Origin: Lama glama
Taxonomy: Eukaryota
NCBI GenBank assembly: GCA_028534125.1
Contig: CM052816.1
Span: forward strand, 52,330,001 to 52,394,000
DNA length: 64,000 nt
Direction of reading: 5' to 3'
In this document: one piece after another, positions 59,687 through 64,000 of the stretch
Position numbering within the stretch: position 1 is the stretch's first letter
How the letters are laid out: each line of letters starts with the position of its first letter
Program-made: the position numbers and the translations under genes
Notes under the pieces: model-generated
Told to the model about the DNA's origin: nothing
The model's input: the letters and a program-made list of their open reading frames with translations, nothing else
Databases searched by the model: none

Positions 59687-62029
59687 ACTTCAATATAGAT
59701 AACCTTGTTTTATCTATACCCTATATCCACCCTTATTATTTTGAAGCAAATCTCACATGGCACATCATTTCATCCATAAATATTTCAGTATGTATTTCTA
59801 AAAAATAGCTTTTCACAAAAATGTATTAACAGTACCATTATCACACCTGAAAAATTTAACAGTAATTCTTCAGTAATGCCAAATATTTAAGCAAGGTCTG
59901 TATTTTCAATTGTTTCATAAATGTCATCATTTTTAAATAGTTTGTGTGCATCAAAATCCAAATTAAGGTCAACATATTTAGATTGATTGATGTCTAATGA
60001 AGTTCTCTCGTTATTTTTTGTTCCTTGCAATTTGTTTTTTTGAAAAAGCCATGTCTTTTGACCTGTAAAATTTTAAGTGTCTGGATTTTTTTGCACCTCC
60101 TTAACCATAATATCTTTTAATTCTCTTGCGTCTGTGTTTCCTATACACTTACAGCTAGGTCTAGAGGCTTGGTTTGATAGAGGTTCAGTTTTTTGGCAAG
60201 GCTATTCATGAGTGGTTTTGTGTACTTCCATTAGGAGACACATATCTTGCTGGCTCTCTTTCAGTGATCTTAGCAACCATTGATAAGCACTACTTGTATT
60301 CATCCTTTGATTTGGGGTTTGCAAAATGGTGACATTATAATCTATTGTATCTTTTTTATTTGTTGGCTAGAATTCTTCTAGAGAAAAAAAATTTCCTCAA
60401 CAGCAATTTAGTTTTCCTGAAATATAGTTTTTACAGGAAAGAGAAGTTAAATATTTGATCTTTTACTTTACTGACAGTTTTCAGAAGAATGAGTTGGTTC
60501 CCTTGTATCCTCTAAAGGAAACCAATGGTGTATGTGTGGGGGAGGGTGTTAAGATATATAGGTTAAATATATGTATATGTATGTATGATACTAAACCAAT
60601 TCTCTAGGGTTTTTTTGGTAAAGAAATTTAAACCTTTTCACCATTGTACATCCCAGTGTTTAATACTATAATAAACATATGTCATAGCCATTGCTAAAAT
60701 CATACTAAAAAATTATGAAAATGGTCAAAAGAATTATAATTAAATTTAAATCAGATTAGGATATACTTATAACTCTGTTAGATTTCTACTTTTTTCTAGC
60801 AAGTTATAAAACAGGTCAATAAGAAAAGGTTATCAAAATTATTCATTGCTCTTATAGTGTATCTAAGGTTAGTCACAAATGAAGTCATCTACAAAAATTT
60901 CAAAGATATAGTTGTATCATACCAGTACAGAGTTACACTAATTTTATGTTTAGGAAGCTGGCATAGAGAAACTCAACAAAAGCTTAAATATGTTAAGGTG
61001 GAATTGGTAACTATCAGGCAATTTACAGAGAGCTGAAACAACTGTTAGTGATCTAATTTCACAGACAGCATATAAACCGGAGCCGGAAAGAGAACTGAAA
61101 TTCAAATCAGAGAAGTAAAATTAATTATTCTACTTCTTAGTCCTTTGAATAATTATAATTCTTGAGGACAAGCTCAAAGCAAAGGTTAATGTCCTTTCTG
61201 AGTCACATGAGCTTAACATTGTGCATAATTAAGAGAAAAGATGAACTGCATAATTAAGAAAAAAATTATCTCCTTTCCTTATGTATATTCAAGAAAAGAG
61301 ATCACATTTCCAAACATTAGGAGAGTTTTAGCTTTCTTCAAGTAAAGAGAAGACAAGGCATCCAGCACTGGGTGGCAGAGACGAAGACCTGCAGGCATGC
61401 AGTGACCTTCTCAGGAACTTTACAGTGAGAGGCACAGTCTGAAGTCAATGGGAAGATCCCCTGTGAGATGCATCTCTGAGCCTACCTGGTCTTCAGTGCC
61501 CAAGAGGCAGGCTCCAGGGCTTTATAGCAGCATCCTTCAGTCAACAGAGCAATGGCAAAGATGGCAACCACAGAGAATAAAGGACATCCCAGCTTCCTGA
61601 TTTTGACATTACTAGGATTGTTGCAGGACCCCATCAAGAAAGAGAAGGGAGTCCCCAAAATGATTGACTGAATTTTCCCTCTAACCTTAGAATAGATTAA
61701 ACCTGATTTAGGAAATAAGGGAATGTGATATATCTTATATCTGGACATTGTGGAATAAAATCCTTCCCTATTATATGTAGTTTTATAATGGTGATCTCTC
61801 AGTAAAAATAGAATGGAAATCCTGACCTTTATAATGAGAAATGATGATGTTTTTATTAGCTGGGTGTTTTTTTTTTTTTGTAACAGATATGATAGTTCAA
61901 AGGTGAATGTTCTCATATAAAATTTCTTAGACATACTCCTTCAAATCAAGAAAGAAAGATAACCGGAAGAACCTTTTCTGCACACCTTGCAATTTTCCTT
62001 AATATTAAAAAAGACAGTAGAAAAACTAA

Positions 62030-62310
62030 ATTAATCAGGTGTTTCTCTGTCATCTTCCTTGGCTTCTCAGCATCTGGCAAAGCTGACACTTCCTCTTTCT
62101 TGAAACTCCCTCTTCCGCTGGCTTTCATGACACATCACTCTTTCCCGAAACTCCACGTAAATCTCCTTCGTGAGCTTCTCCTCTAGCAGAACACAAAATG
62201 GTGGATCTTCTAAGAGCTCAGTTCTAAGTGCTCTTCTTCTCTATCAGTACTGCAGGCTTCAGTTATCACCATCTGCTGAGGAGTCCCAAAACTATGTCTA
62301 TAATTTGATT
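62030..62310 (+). mobile_element. L2 fragment
   Basis: cttcctctttcttgaaactcc...ggctttcatgacacatcactct...atctgctgaggagtcccaaa. Confidence 0.7.
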
Positions 62311-62600
62311 TTCTGTTTTTCAGTATCTTCTTTTTCTTTCAGTGTCTGAGCAAGCAAGTAACTTGTCTTTGATTAGCTAAAGCTTCTTTATTACCCATCT
62401 GAATGCACAGAAATTTTTTAAAATGTGTGAACTTGTCAGTAAACCATAAACTATATAGCCATATTAAGAGAAAAAAAAACTTACCATTATACTGTTCAGT
62501 CTTTTGTTCCTTAAACTGTCAATATAAATAATTATCTACTACTTCTCAGACACATTCCCTACATATTATTGAGGATTTAAGAATAGAAACTATAGACAGT

Positions 62601-62736
62601 GGGGAGGGTAATAGCTCAGTGGTAGAGTTCCTGCTTAGCGTGCACACGGTCCTGGGTTCAGTTCCCCATACCTCCATCAAAATAAATGAGTAAACCTAAT
62701 TACCTCCTCCTCAAAATAAGAAAAAAATGTAGAAAA
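62601..62736 (+). mobile_element. tRNA-derived SINE (vic-1-like)
   Basis: GGGGAGGGTAATAGCTCAGTGGTAGAG...CCTGGGTTCAGTTCCCC with A-rich tail; TSD AGAAACTATAGACAGT / AGAAACTAAAGACAAT (14/16). Confidence 0.88.
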
Positions 62737-63394
62737 AGAAACTAAAGACAATGTCTCTTTTATTGGGAATTTTAAAATATATTTCAGAACAAATATATGC
62801 ATTATATATGAACATACACCTTCAGTATTAGCTAAATAGGTAGATATATTCAATTGTGGGTTTTGTCAACATTATCAATATTATTTCTTTCTGGGGAGTT
62901 CTCTTTAAATCATCTACATCTTTTCTTAATGTTTTCCACTAAAGCTGGTATTGTTTACATGAGACAATAGAGTATAAAGCAGTGATTCTGCTATTAATTT
63001 GAAAAGATGATTTCATTATTACAATAGGTCATTGGCAGCTGTGACCTCCAATGTTATTCTCCTTTGTTACTCTATTCATAGATGCTGCATTATTAAATGG
63101 ATCACAAGTGTAAGTGAAACATAATTATAGCATTGCTTAAACTGAGCATGACTAAATATATTTATGTTTAATAATAAAAATATAAAAACTATACTTGATC
63201 GCTGTTATTAGAATGATATTTTAACATTGCTTTAATTTATCTGTTCTGATTTTCTTTCTATACCTTTTGTCCATTTGTGCCAATTTTAGTGTCTGGTTCT
63301 TTTTCCTGATCAAAAGGCAGTTTGGAGGACATCTGCCATTATAGCAGCTCCTCTTTACACTTTAAAATTTCCAAGCATTTTCTTTTTCAAAACT

Positions 63395-63845
63395 TTTTTT
63401 TGCATTCTTAGCCATTTTAAAGTTTACAGTTCAGTGGTATTAAATACTACATTGTTGTGCAACCATCACCACCATCCATCCCCATAACACTTTCTTGTAA
63501 AACTGAAACTCTGTACCCACTAAGCCCTAATTCCCATTCTCCCCTACTTCCATCCCTCAGCAACCACCATTATACTATCTGTCTTTATGATTTTGACTAA
63601 TCTAAGTACCTTGTCTAAATGGAATCATACAATATTTGTCTTTTTGTGACTGATTTATTTCACTTAACATAATATCTTCAAGATTCATCCTTATTATAGC
63701 GTATGTCAGCATATCCTTCCTTTTTAAGGCTGAATAATATTCCATCGTATGCATGTACCACATTTTGCTTATCCATTCACCCATCGATGGATACTGGGTT
63801 GCTTCCATGTTATAGCTATTGTGAATAATGCTGCTGTGAGCATGG
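63395..63845 (-). mobile_element. L1MB-like 3' end
   Basis: ORF 63602-63808 resembles the L1 ORF2 C-terminus (MEYYSALKRK...LEDIMLSE). Confidence 0.85.
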
Positions 63846-64000
63846 TTACACTGTAAGTGTTTTTGAAAGAATGTTTACCAGGTACTAGAGACAAACCTAG
63901 AATAATTCTTGCCTGAATTCTGAGACGATCAGCAGGTGATGAGCAGGTGTGGCCAACCGGCCTTGAGTCTCTCCCCGGGCCTAACGTTGTTCCTAGAGTA

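Noticed and set aside
59000..59810. Similar segments on both sides of the LTR (59000-59130 and 59708-59810)
   Set aside because: They are too diverged for a target duplication and are best explained as two old L1 3'-end remnants.
61482..61934. 150-aa ORF upstream of ZFYVE16
   Set aside because: No recognisable domain, it spans a poly-T tract, and I found no supporting splice or promoter context. I cannot exclude a lncRNA exon here.
62601..62675. tRNA-like sequences (also at 46060-46133 and 52800-52872)
   Set aside because: They have A-rich tails, mutual divergence and, in two copies, clear TSDs, typical of SINEs rather than tRNA genes.

Overview
Mammalian genomic DNA (AT-rich, repeat-dense), probably from a camelid: it has tRNA-derived vic-1-like SINEs and cetartiodactyl-type L1 3' ends, and I saw no Alu, BovB or PRE-1 elements. 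The window holds one complete gene, ZFYVE16 (endofin), on the minus strand. It has a CpG-island promoter at ~54.2-55.3 kb, two non-coding 5' exons and 17 coding exons, all GT-AG. These join in frame to a 4620-nt CDS (1539 aa) from ATG at 43742 to TAG at 10737, followed by a 3' UTR with tandem poly(A) signals. The rest is interspersed repeats (L1, L2, MIR, LTRs, DNA transposons, SINEs). I found no evidence of a novel multi-gene system. The most notable observations are: (1) a half-L1 (5'UTR + ORF1 + 3' end, ORF2 deleted) carrying an apparent 3' transduction with a MIR fragment, nested inside another L1; (2) an L2-derived 5'UTR exon that creates a junction-spanning uORF; (3) intron-5 read-through (GEY-stop) and a candidate poison exon just after the FYVE domain; (4) a dimeric L1 3'-end insertion within one TSD pair. 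Repeat subfamily names come from recalled consensus sequences, not from a search.
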